In this document: in pieces, positions 15,001 through 30,000 of the stretch
Numbering within the stretch: position 1 is the stretch's first letter
Layout: every line of letters starts with the position of its first letter
From: Dicyema japonicum
Lineage: Eukaryota; Animalia; Dicyemida
Length of the DNA stretch: 64,000 nt
Reading direction: 5' to 3'
Assembly: GCA_011109175.1 (NCBI GenBank)
Contig: RDEW01000007.1
Span: forward strand, 681,712 to 745,711
Program-made: the position numbers and the translations under genes
The notes under the pieces: model-generated
Seen by the model: the letters and a program-made list of their open reading frames with translations, nothing else
Told to the model about the DNA's origin: nothing
Database searches by the model: none

Positions 15001-18000
15001 GCAACTAACACATACACAACGACCAATAACCAGAGAACAACTGCAACAAACAAAGGAATAACTACCAATAACAAAACTACGACTGCCAATAATACAAGCA
15101 CTACCTCGAAGAACAATGCAACAACAGCGACTAACACAGGCTCTACGTCAAATAACCCGACTACTACTTTAACTAACACAGGCACCATGTCGAATAACCA
15201 GACTACACCAGTATTTACTACAAGCACAACCTCCAATAATCACACTACAAATTATCCAACAACTTCTTCAGGTTTGCTTTTGATAACAAATAGCATATAA
15301 TAATGGCACTACATCGAATAACCAGACAACTATAGCAACTAACACAGGCACAACGACCAATAACCAGAGTACAACTGCAACAAACAATGGAATAACAACT
15401 AATAACAAAACTACTATAGCCAATAATACAAGCACTACCTCGAATAACAATACAACAACAGCAACTAACACAGGGACAACGACCAATAACCAGAGTACAA
15501 CTGCAACAAATAATGGAATTACGACCAATAACAAAACTACTACATCCAATAATACAAGCACTACATCGAATAACCAGACAATAACTGCAACTAATACAGG
15601 CACTATCTCGAATAACCAGACAACAACTGCTAATAACACAGGCACAACCTTAAATAACCAGACAACATCGACAACTAAAACAGACACAACGACCAACAAC
15701 CAGAGTACAACTGCAACAAACAAAGGAATAACGACCAATAACATAACTACGACAGCCAATAATACAAGCACTACTGGAAGAACAATGCAACAACAGCAAC
15801 TAACACAGGCTCTACGTCAAATAACCAGACTACAACTTCAACTAACACAGGCACCACGTCGAATAACCAGACTACACCAGTAATTTCTACAAGAACAACC
15901 TTCAATAATCAGACTACAAATAAACCAACCAATTCTTCTTCAGGTTTGCTTTTTGATAACAAATAGCACATAATAATGGCACTACATCTAATAACCCGAC
16001 TACAACTTCAGATAACACAGGCACCACGTCGAATAACCAGACTACATTAGTAATAACTACAAGCTCAACCACCAATAATCAGACTACAAATAAACAAACT
16101 ACTTCTTCTTCAGGTTTACTTTTTGATAACATATAGCATATAATAATGGCACTACCTCGAATAACCAGACAACAACTGCTAATAACACAGGCACAAGCTT
16201 AAATAACCAGACAACAACAGCAACGAACACAGGCAGTACGACCATTAACCAGACTACAATAGGAACTAATACAAGAACCACGTCTAATAAACAGATTACA
16301 ACAGCAACAAACACAGTCTATACGTCAAATAACCCGACTACAAATTCAACTAACATAGGCAACACCTCCAAAAACCAGACTACACCAGTAATTACTACAA
16401 GCACAACCTCCAATTATCACACTACAAAAATACCTATTACTTCTTCTTTAGGTATGATTTTTGATAACAAATAGCATCGTATAATGGGACTACATCTAAT
16501 AAGCAGACAACAACGTCAACTAACACAGGCACTACCGCGAATAATCAGACAACACCAGCATCAAATCCAAGCACTACCTCCAATAACCAGACAACAACAT
16601 CAACAAATACAGACACTACATCAAATAACCAAACAACAACTGCATCTAACACAGGCACAAAATCCAATAACCAGACAACAACAGCAACTAGCACTAGCAC
16701 AACCTCTAATAACCAGATAACAACGTCAACCTACACAGGCACTACCGCGAATAATCAGACAACAACAGCATCAAATCCAAGCACTACCTCCAATAACCAG
16801 ACAACAACATCAACAAATACAGACACTACATCGAATAACCAAACAACAACTGCATCTAACACAGGAACAAAATCCAATAACAATACAACAAGAGCAATTA
16901 ACACAGGCTCTACGTCAAATAACCAGACAACAACTGCTAATAACACAGGCACAAGCTTTAATACCCAGTCAACATCAGCAACTAACACATACACAACGAC
17001 CAATAACCAGAGAACAACTGCAACAAACAAAGGAATAACTACCAATAACAAAACTACGACTGCCAATAATACAAGCACTACCTCGAAGAACAATGCAACA
17101 ACAGCGACTAACACAGGCTCTACGTCAAATAACCCGACTACTACTTTAACTAACACAGGCACCATGTCGAATAACCAGACTACACCAGTATTTACTACAA
17201 GCACAACCTCCAATAATCACACTACAAATTATCCAACAACTTCTTCAGGTTTGCTTTTTGATAACAAATAGCATATAATAATGGCACTACATCGAATAAC
17301 CAGACAACTATAGCAACTAACACAGGCACAACGACCAATAACCAGAGTACAACTGCAACAAACAATGGAATAACAACTAATAACAAAACTACTATAGCCA
17401 ATAATACAAGCACTACCTCGAATAACAATACAACAACAGCAACTAACACAGGGACAACGACCAATAACCAGAGTACAACTGCAACAAATAATGGAATTAC
17501 GACCAATAACAAAACTACTACATCCAATAATACAAGCACTACATCGAATAACCAGACAATAACTGCAACTAATACAGGCACTATCTCGAATAACCAGACA
17601 ACAACTGCTAATAACACAGGCACAACCTTTAAATAACCAGACAACATCGACAACTAAAACAGACACAACGACCAACAACCAGAGTACAACTGCAACAAAC
17701 AAAGGAATAACGACCAATAACATAACTACGACAGCCAATAATACAAGCACTACCTGGAAGAACAATGCAACAACAGCAACTAACACAGGCTCTACGTCAA
17801 ATAACCAGACTACAACTTCAACTAACACAGGCACCACGTCGAATAACCAGACTACACCAGTAATTTCTACAAGAACAACCTTCAATAATCAGACTACAAA
17901 TAAACCAACCAATTCTTCTTCAGGTTTGCTTTTTGATAACAAATAGCACATAATAATGGCACTACATCTAATAACCGACTACAACTTCAGATAACACAGG

Positions 18001-21000
18001 CACCACGTCGAATAACCAGACTACATTAGTAATAACTACAAGCTCAACCACCAATAATCAGACTACAAATAAACAAACTACTTCTTCTTCAGGTTTACTT
18101 TTTGATAACATATAGCATATAATAATGGCACTACCTCGAATAACCAGACAACAACAGCAACGAACACAGGCAGTACGACCATTAACCAGACTACAATAGG
18201 AACTAATACAAGAACCACGTCTAATAAACAGATTACAACAGCAACAAACACAGTCTATACGTCAAATAACCCGACTACAAATTCAACTAACATAGGCAAC
18301 ACCTCCAAAAACCAGACTACACCAGTAATTACTACAAGCACAACCTCCAATTATCACACTACAAAAATACCTATTACTTCTTCTTTAGGTATGATTTTTG
18401 ATAACAAATAGCATCGTATAATGGGACTACATCTAATAAGCAGACAACAACGTCAACTAACACAGGCACTACCGCGAATAATCAGACAACACCAGCAACA
18501 AATCCAAGCACTACCTCCAATAACCAGACAACAACATCAACAAATACAGACACTACATCAAATAACCAAACAACAACTGCATCTAACACAGGCACAAAAT
18601 CCAATAACCAGACAACAACAGCAACTAGCACTAGCACAACCTCTAATAACCAGATAACAACGTCAACCTACACAGGCACTACCGCGAATAATCAGACAAC
18701 AACAGCATCAAATCCAAGCACTACCTCCAATAACCAGACAACAACATCAACAAATACAGACACTACATCGAATAACCAAACAACAACTGCATCTAACACA
18801 GGAACAAAATCCAATAACAATACAACAAGAGCAATTAACACAGGCTCTACGTCAAATAACCAGACAACAACTGCTAATAACACAGGCACAAGCTTTAATA
18901 CCCAGTCAACATCAGCAACTAACACATACACAACGACCAAATAACCAGAGAACAACTGCCAACAAACAAAGGAAAACTACAATAACAAAACTACGACTGC
19001 CAAAATACAAGCACTACCTCGAAGAACAATGCAACAACAGCGACTAACACAGGCTCTACGTCAAATAACCCGACTACTACTTTAACTAACACAGGCACCA
19101 TGTCGAATAACCAGACTACACCAGTATTTACTACAAGCACAACCTCCAATAATCACACTACAAATTATCCAACAACTTCTTCAGGTTTGCTTTTTATAAC
19201 AAATAGCATATAATAATGGCACTACATCGAATAACCAGACAACTATAGCAACTAACACAGGCACAACGACCAATAACCAGAGTACAACTGCAACAAACAA
19301 TGGAATAACAACTAATAACAAAACTACTATAGCCAATAATACAAGCACTACCTCGAATAACAATACCAACAACAGCAACTAAACAGGACAACGACCAATA
19401 ACCAGATACAACTGCAACAAATAATGGAATTACGACCAATAACAAAACTACTACATCCAATAATACAAGCACTACATCGAATAACCAGACAATAACTGCA
19501 ACTAATACAGGCACTATCTCGAATAACCAGACAACAACTGCTAATAACACAGCACAACCTTAAATAACCAGACAACATCGACAACTAAAACAGACACAAC
19601 GACCAACAACCAGAGTACAACTGCAACAAACAAAGGAATAACGACCAATAACATAACTACGACAGCCAATAATACAAGCACTACCTGGAAGAACAATGCA
19701 ACAACAGCAACTAACACAGGCTCTACGTCAAATAACCAGACAACAACTTCAACTAACACAGGCACCACGTCGAATAACCAGACTACACCAGTAATTTCTA
19801 CAAGAACAACCTTCAATAATCAGACTACAAATAAACCAACCAATTCTTCTTCAGGTTTGCTTTTTGATAACAAATAGCACATAATAATGGCACTACATCT
19901 AATAACCCGACTACAACTTCAGATAACACAGGCACCACGTCGAATAACCAGACTACATTAGTAATAACTACAAGCTCAACCACAATAATCAGACTACAAA
20001 TAAACAAACTACTTCTTCTTCAGGTTTACTTTTTGATAACATATAGCATATAATAATGGCACTACCTCGAATAACCAGACAACAACTGCTAATAACACAG
20101 GCACAAGCTTAAATAACCAGACAACAACAGCAACGAACACAGGCAGTACGACCATTAACCAGACTACAATAGGAACTAATACAAGAACCACGTCTAATAA
20201 ACAGATTACAACAGCAACAAACACAGTCTATACGTCAAATAACCCGACTACAAATTCAAACTAACATAGCAACACCTCCAAAAAACCAGACTACACCAGT
20301 AATTACTACAAGCACAACCTCCAATTATCACACTCAAAAATACCTATTACTTCTTCTTTAGGTATGATTTTTTGATAACAAATAGCATCGTATAATGGAC
20401 TACATCTAATAAGCAGACAACAACGTCAACTAACACAGCACTACCGCGAATAATCAGACAACACCAGCATCAAATCAAAGCACTACCTCCAATAACCAGA
20501 CAAACAACATCAACAAATACAGACACTACATCAAATAACCAAACAACAACTGCATCTAACACAGGCACAAAATCCAATAACCAGACAACAACAGCAACTA
20601 GCACTAGCACAACCTCTAATAACCAGATAACAACGTCAACCACACAGGCACTACGCGAATAATCAGACAACACAGCATCAAATCCAAGCACTACCTCCAA
20701 TAACCAGACAAACAACATCAACAAATACAGACACTACATCGAATAACCAAACAACAACTGCATCTAACACAGGAACAAAATCCAATAACAATACAACAAG
20801 AGCAATTAACACAGGCTCTACGTCAAATAACCAGACAACAAACTGCTAATAACACAGGCACAAGCTTTAATACCCAGTCAACATCAGCAACTAACACATA
20901 CACACGACCAATAACCAGAGAACAACTGCAACAAACAAAGGAATAACTACCAATAACAAAAACTACGACTGCCAATAATACAAGCACTACCTCGAAGAAA

Positions 21001-24000
21001 CAATGCAACAACAGCGACTAACACAGGCTCTACGTCAAATAACCCGACTACTACTTTAACTAACACAGGCACCATGTCGAATAACCAGACTACACCAGTA
21101 TTTACTACAAGCACAACCTCCAATAATCACACTACAAATTATCCAACAACTATCTTCAGGTTTGCTTTTTGAAACAAATAGCATATAATAATGGCACTAC
21201 ATCGAATAACCAGACAACTATAGCAACTAACACAGCACAACGACCAATAACCAGAGTACAACTGCAACAAACAATGGAATAACAAACTAATAACAAAACT
21301 ACTATAGCCAATAATACAAGCACTACCTCGAATAACAATACAACAACAGCAACTAACACAGGACAACGACCAATAACCAGAGTACAACTGCAACAAATAA
21401 TGGAATTACGCACAATAACAAAACAAACTACATCCAATAATACAAGCACTACATCGAATAGACAAAACTGCAACTAATACAGGCACTATCTCGAATAACC
21501 AGACAACAACTGCTAATAACACAGGCACAAGCTTAAATAACCAGACAACAACAGCAACGAACACAGGCAGTACGACCATTAACCAGACTACAATAGGAAC
21601 TAATACAAGAACCACGTCTAATAAACAGATTACAACAGCAACAAACACAGTCTATACGTCAAATAACGCGACTACAAATTCAACTAACATAGGCAACACC
21701 TCCAAAAAACCAGACTACACCAGTAATTACTACAAGCACAACCTCCAATTATCACACTACAAAAATACCTATTACTTCTTCTTTAGGTATGATTTTTGAT
21801 AACAAATAGCATCGTATAATGGGACTACATCTAATAAGCAGACAACAACGTCAACTAACACAGGCACTTACGCGAATAATCAGACAACACCAGCAACAAA
21901 TCCAAGCACTACCTCCAATAACCAGACAACAACATCAACAAATACAGACACTACATCAAATAACCAAACAACAACTGCATCTAACACAGGCCACAAAATC
22001 CAATAACCAGACAACAACAGCAAACTAGCACTAGCACAACCTCTAATAACCAGATAACAACGTCAACCTACACAGGCACTACCGCGAATAATCAGACAAC
22101 AACAGCATCAAATCAAGCACTACCTCCAATAACCAGACAAACAACATCAACAAATACAGACACTACATCGAATAACCAAACAACAACTGCATCTAACACA
22201 GGAACAAATCCAATAACAATACAACAAGAGCAATTAACACAGGCTCTACGTCAAATAACCAGACAACAACTGCTAATAACACAGGCACAAGCTTTAATAC
22301 CCAGTCAACATCAGCAACTAACACATACACAACGACCAATAACCAGGAGAACAACTGCAACAAACAAAGGAATAACTACCAATAACAAAACTACGACTGC
22401 CAATAATACAAGCACTACCTCGAAAAACAATGCAACAACAGCGACTAACACAGGCTCTACGTCAAATAACCCGACTACTACTTTAACTAACACAGGCACC
22501 ATGTCGAATAACCAGACTACACCAGTATTTACTACAAGCACAACCTCCAATAATCACACTACAAATATATCCAACAACTTCTTCAGGTTTGCTTTTTGAT
22601 AACAAATAGCATATAATAATGGCACTACATCGAATAACCAGACAACTATTAGCAACTAACACAGGCACAACGACCAATAACCAGAGTACAACTGCAACAA
22701 ACAATGGAATAACAACTAATAACAAAAACTACTATAGCCAATAATACAAGCACTACCTCGAATAACAATACAACAACAGCAACTAACACAGGGACAACGA
22801 CCAATAACCAGAGTACAACTGCAACAAATAATGGAATTACGACCAATAACAAAACTACTACATCCAATAATACAAGCACTACATCGAATAACCAGACAAT
22901 AACTGCAACTAATACAGGCACTATCTCGAATAACCAGACAACAACTGCTAATAACACAGGCACAACCTTAAATAACCAGACAACATCGACAACTAAAACA
23001 GACACAACGACCAACAACCAGAGTACAACTGCAACAAACAAAGGAATAACGACCAATAACATAACTACGACAGCCAATAATACAAGCACTACCTGGAAGA
23101 ACAATGCAACAACAGCAACTAACACAGGCTCTACGTCAAATAACCAGACTACAACTTCAACTAACACAGGCACCACGTCGAATAACCAGACTACACCAGT
23201 AATTTCTACAAGAACAACCTTCAATAATCAGACTACAAATAAACCAACCAATTCTTCTTCAGGTTTGCTTTTTGATAACAAATAGCACATAATAATGGCA
23301 CTACATCTAATAACCCGACTACAACTTCAGATAACACAGGCACCACGTCGAATAACCAGACTACATTAGTAATAACTACAAGCTCAACCACCAATAATCA
23401 GACTACAAATAAACAAACTACTTCTTCTTCAGGTTTACTTTTTGATAACATATAGCATATAATAATGGCACTACCTCGAATAACCAGACAACAACTGCTA
23501 ATAACACAGGCACAAGCTTAAATAACCAGACAACAACAGCAACGAACACAGGCAGTACGACCATTAACCAGACTACAATAGGAACTAATACAAGAACCAC
23601 GTCTAATAAACAGATTACAACAGCAACAAACACAGTCTATACGTCAAATAACCCGACTACAAATTCAACTAACATAGGCAACACCTCCAAAAACCAGACT
23701 ACACCAGTAATTACTACAAGCACAACCTCCAATTATCACACTACAAAAAATACCTATTACTTCTTCTTTAGGTATGATTTTTGATAACAAATAGCATCGT
23801 ATAATGGGACTACATCTAATAAGCAGACAACAACGTCAACTAACACAGGCACTACCGCGAATAATCAGACAACACCAGCATCAAATCCAAGCACTACCTC
23901 CAATAACCAGACAACAACATCAACAAATACAGACACTACATCAAATAACCAAACAACAACTGCATCTAACACAGGCACAAAATCCAATAACCAGACAACA

Positions 24001-27000
24001 ACAGCAACTAGCACTAGCACAACCTCTAATAACCAGATAACAACGTCAACCTACACAGGCACTACCGCGAATAATCAGACAACAACAGCATCAAATCCAA
24101 GCACTACCTCCAATAACCAGACAACAACATCAACAAATACAGACACTACATCGAATAACCAAACAACAACTGCATCTAACACAGGAACAAAATCCAATAA
24201 CAATACAACAAGAGCAATTAACACAGGCTCTACGTCAAATAACCAGACAACAACTGCTAATAACACAGGCACAAGCTTTAATACCCAGTCAACATCAGCA
24301 ACTAACACATACACAACGACCAATAACCAGAGAACAACTGCAACAAACAAAGGAATAACTACCAATAACAAAACTACGACTGCCAATAATACAAGCACTA
24401 CCTCGAAGAACAATGCAACAACAGCGACTAACACAGGCTCTACGTCAAATAACCCGACTACTACTTTAACTAACACAGGCACCATGTCGAATAACCAGAC
24501 TACACCAGTATTTACTACAAGCACAACCTCCAATAATCACACTACAAATTATCCAACAACTTCTTCAGGTTGCTTTTTTGATAACAAATAGCATATAATA
24601 ATGGCACTACATCGAATAACCAGACAACTATAGCAACTAACACAGGCACAACGACCAATAACCAGAGTACAACTGCAACAAACAATGGAATAACAACTAA
24701 TAACAAAACTACTATAGCCAATAATACAAGCACTACCTCGAATAACAATACAACAACAGCAACTAACACAGGGACAACGACCAATAACCAGAGTACAACT
24801 GCAACAAATAATGGAATTACGACCAATAACAAAACTACTACATCCAATAATACAAGCACTACATCGAATAACCAGACAATAACTGCAACTAATACAGGCA
24901 CTATCTCGAATAACCAGACAACAACTGCTAATAACACAGGCACAACCTTAAATAACCAGACAACATCGACAACTAAAACAGACACAACGACCAACAACCA
25001 GAGTACAACTGCAACAAACAAAGGAATAACGACCAATAACATAACTACGACAGCCAATAATACAAGCACTACCTGGAAGAACAATGCAACAACAGCAACT
25101 AACACAGGCTCTACGTCAAATAACCAGACTACAACTTCAACTAACACAGGCACCACGTCGAATAACCAGACTACACCAGTAATTTCTACAAGAACAACCT
25201 TCAATAATCAGACTACAAAAAACCAACCAATTCTTCTTCAGGTTTGCTTTTTGATAACAAATAGCACATAATAATGGCACTACATCTAATAACCCGACTA
25301 CAACTTCAGATAACACAGGCACCACGTCGAATAACCAGACTACATTAGTAATAACTACAAGCTCAACCACCAATAATCAGACTACAAATAAACAAACTAC
25401 TTCTTCTTCAGGTTTACTTTTTGATAACATATAGCATATAATAATGGCACTACCTCGAATAACCAGACAACAACTGCTAATAACACAGGCACAAGCTTAA
25501 ATAACCAGACAACAACAGCAACGAACACAGGCAGTACGACCATTAACCAGACTACAATAGGAACTAATACAAGAACCACGTCTAATAAACAGATTACAAC
25601 AGCAACAAACACAGTCTATACGTCAAATAACCCGACTACAAATTCAACTAACATAGGCAACACCTCCAAAAACCAGACTACACCAGTAATTACTACAAGC
25701 ACAACCTCCAATTATCACACTACAAAAATACCTATTACTTCTTCTTTAGGTATGATTTTTGATAACAAATAGCATCGTATAATGGGACTACATCTAATAA
25801 GCAGACAACAACGTCAACTAACACAGGCACTACCGCGAATAATCAGACAACACCAGCATCAAATCCAAGCACTACCTCCAATAACCAGACAACAACATCA
25901 ACAAATACAGACACTACATCAAATAACCAAACAAACAACTGCATCTAACACAGGCACAAAATCCAATAACCAGACAACAACAGCAACTAGCACTAGCACA
26001 ACCTCTAATAACCAGATAACAACGTCAACCTACACAGGCACTACCGCGAATAATCAGACAACAACAGCATCAAATCCAAGCACTACCTCCAATAACCAGA
26101 CAACAACATCAACAAATACAGACACTACATCGAATAACCAAACAACAACTGCATCTAACACAGGAACAAAATCCAATAACAATACAACAAGAGCAATTAA
26201 CACAGGCTCTACGTCAAATAACCAGACAACAACTGCTAATAACACAGGCACAAGCTTTAATACCCAGTCAACATCAGCAACTAACACATACACAACGACC
26301 AATAACCAGAGAACAACTGCAACAAACAAAGGAATAACTACCAATAACAAAACTACGACTGCCAATAATACAAGCACTACCTCGAAGAACAATGCAACAA
26401 CAGCGACTAACACAGGCTCTACGTCAAATAACCCGACTACTACTTTAACTAACACAGGCACCATGTCGAATAACCAGACTACACCAGTATTTACTACAAG
26501 CACAACCTCCAATAATCACACTACAAATTATCCAACAACTTCTTCAGGTTTGCTTTTGATAACAAATAGCATATAATAATGGCACTACATCGAATAACCA
26601 GACAACTATAGCAACTAACACAGGCACAACGACCAATAACCAGAGTACAACTGCAACAAACAATGGAATAACAACTAATAACAAAACTACTATAGCCAAT
26701 AATACAAGCACTACCTCGAATAACAATACAACAACAGCAACTAACACAGGGACAACGACCAATAACCAGAGTACAACTGCAACAAATAATGGAATTACGA
26801 CCAATAACAATACTACATCCAATAATACAAGCACTACATCGAATAACCAGACAATAACTGCAACTAATACAGGCACTATCTCGAATAACCAGACAACAAC
26901 TGCTAATAACACAGGCACAACCTTAAATAACCAGACAACATCGACAACTAAAACAGACACAACGACCAACAACCAGAGTACAACTGCAACAAACAAAGGA

Positions 27001-30000
27001 ATAACGACCAATAACATAACTACGACAGCCAATAATACAAGCACTACCTGGAAGAACAATGCAACAACAGCAACTAACACAGGCTCTACGTCAAATAACC
27101 AGACTACAACTTCAACTAACACAGGCACCACGTCGAATAACCAGACTACACCAGTAATTTCTACAAGAACAACCTTCAATAATCAGACTACAAATAAACC
27201 AACCAATTCTTCTTCAGGTTTGCTTTTTGATAACAAATAGCACATAATAATGGCACTACATCTAATAACCCGACTACAACTTCAGATAACACAGGCACCA
27301 CGTCGAATAACCAGACTACATTAGTAATAACTACAAGCTCAACCACCAATAATCAGACTACAAATAAACAAACTACTTCTTCTTCAGGTTTACTTTTTGA
27401 TAACATATAGCATATAATAATGGCACTACCTCGAATAACCAGACAACAACTGCTAATAACACAGGCACAAGCTTAAATAACCAGACAACAACAGCAACGA
27501 ACACAGGCAGTACGACCATTAACCAGACTACAATAGGAACTAATACAAGAACCACGTCTAATAAACAGATTACAACAGCAACAAACACAGTCTATACGTC
27601 AAATAACCCGACTACAAATTCAACTAACATAGGCAACACCTCCAAAAACCAGACTACACCAGTAATTACTACAAGCACAACCTCCAATTATCACACTACA
27701 AAAATACCTATTACTTCTTCTTTAGGTATGATTTTTGATAACAAATAGCATCGTATAATGGGACTACATCTAATAAGCAGACAACAACGTCAACTAACAC
27801 AGGCACTACCGCGAATAATCAGACAACACCAGCATCAAATCCAAGCACTACCTCCAATAACCAGACAACAACATCAACAAATACAGACACTACATCAAAT
27901 AACCAAACAACAACTGCATCTAACACAGGCACAAAATCCAATAACCAGACAACAACAGCAACTAGCACTAGCACAACCTCTAATAACCAGATAACAACGT
28001 CAACCTACACAGGCACTACCGCGAATAATCAGACAACAACAGCATCAAATCCAAGCACTACCTCCAATAACCAGACAACAACATCAAACAAATACAGACA
28101 CTACATCGAATAACCAAACAACAACTGCATCTAACACAGGAACAAAATCCAATAACAACAACAACAGCAACTAAACACAGGCCTACGTCAATAACCAGAC
28201 AACAACGTCAATACACAGGCCAACTAATACCCAGTCAATAATCAGACAACAACACATACAAACAGCACTACCTCCAATAACCAGACACAACTGCAAACAA
28301 ACAACACTACATCGAATAACCAAACAACAACTCACTCTAAACAGGATCAGATCCAAGAACAATAACAAGAGCGACTTAACACAGGCTCTACGTCAAATAC
28401 AGACAACAACTGCTAATAACACAGGCACAAGTTTTTAATACCTCAGTCAACATCAGCAACTAACCATACACAACGAAAAACCAGAGAACAACTGCAACAA
28501 ACAAAGGAATAACTACCAATAACAAAACTACGACTGCCAATACAAGCACTACCTCGAATAGACAATGCAACAACAGCGACTAACACAGGCTCTACGTCAA
28601 ATAACCCGACTACTACTTTATACTAACACAGGCACCATGTCGAATAACCAGACTACAACCAGTATTTACTACAAGCACAAACCTCCAATAATCACACTAC
28701 AAATTATCCAACAACTTCTTCAGGTTTGCTTTTTGATAACAAATAGCATATAATAATGGCACTACATCGAATAACCAGACAACTATAGCAACTAACACAG
28801 CACAACGACCAATAACCAGAGTACAACTGCAACAAACATGGAATACAATAAATAACAAAATACTATAGCCAATAATACAAGCACTACTCGAATAACAATA
28901 CAACACAGCAACTAACACAGGCTCTACGTCAAATAACCCGACTACAACTTCAACTAACACAGGCACCACGTCGAATAACCAGACTACACAAGTAATTTCT
29001 ACAAGAACAACCTTCAATAATCAGACTACAAATAAACAACCAATTCTTCTTCAGGTTTGCTTTTTGATAACAAATAGCACATAATAATGAACTACATCTA
29101 ATAACCCGACTACAACTTCAGATAACACAGGCACCACGTCGAAATAACCAGACTACATTAGTAATAACTACAAGCTCAACCGAATAATCAGACTACAAAT
29201 AAACAAACTACTTCTTCTTCAGGTTTACTTTTTGATAACATATAGCATATAATAATGGCACTACTCGAATAACCAGACAACAACTGCTAATAACACAGGG
29301 CACAAGCTTAAATAACCAGACAACAACAGCAACGAACACAGGCAGTACGACCATTAACCAGACTACATAGGAACTCAATACAAGAACCACGTCTAATAAA
29401 CGATTACAACAGCAACAAACACAGTCTATACGTCAAATAACCCGACTACAAATTCAACTAACATAGGCAACACCTCCAAAAACCAGACTACACAGTAATT
29501 ACTACAAGCACAACCTCCAATTATCACACTACAAAAATACCTATTACTTCTTCTTTAGGTATGATTTTTTGATAACAAATAGCATGTATAATGGGACTAC
29601 ATCTAATAAGCAGACAACAACGTCAACTAACACAGGCACTACCGCGAATAATCAGACAACACCAGCATCAAATCCAAGCACTACCTCCATAACCAGACCA
29701 ACACCATCAACAAATACAGACACTACATCAAATAACCAAACAACAACTGCATCTAACACAGGCACAAAATCAATAACCAGACAACAACAGCAACTAGCAC
29801 TAGCACACCTCTAATAACCAGATAACAACGTCAACCTACACAGGCACTACCGCGAATAATCAGACAACAACAGCATCAAATCCAAGCACTACCTCCAATA
29901 ACCAGACAAACATCAACAATACAGACACTACATCAATAACCAAACAACAACTGCATCTAACACAGGCACAAAATCCAATAACCAGACAACAACAGCAACT

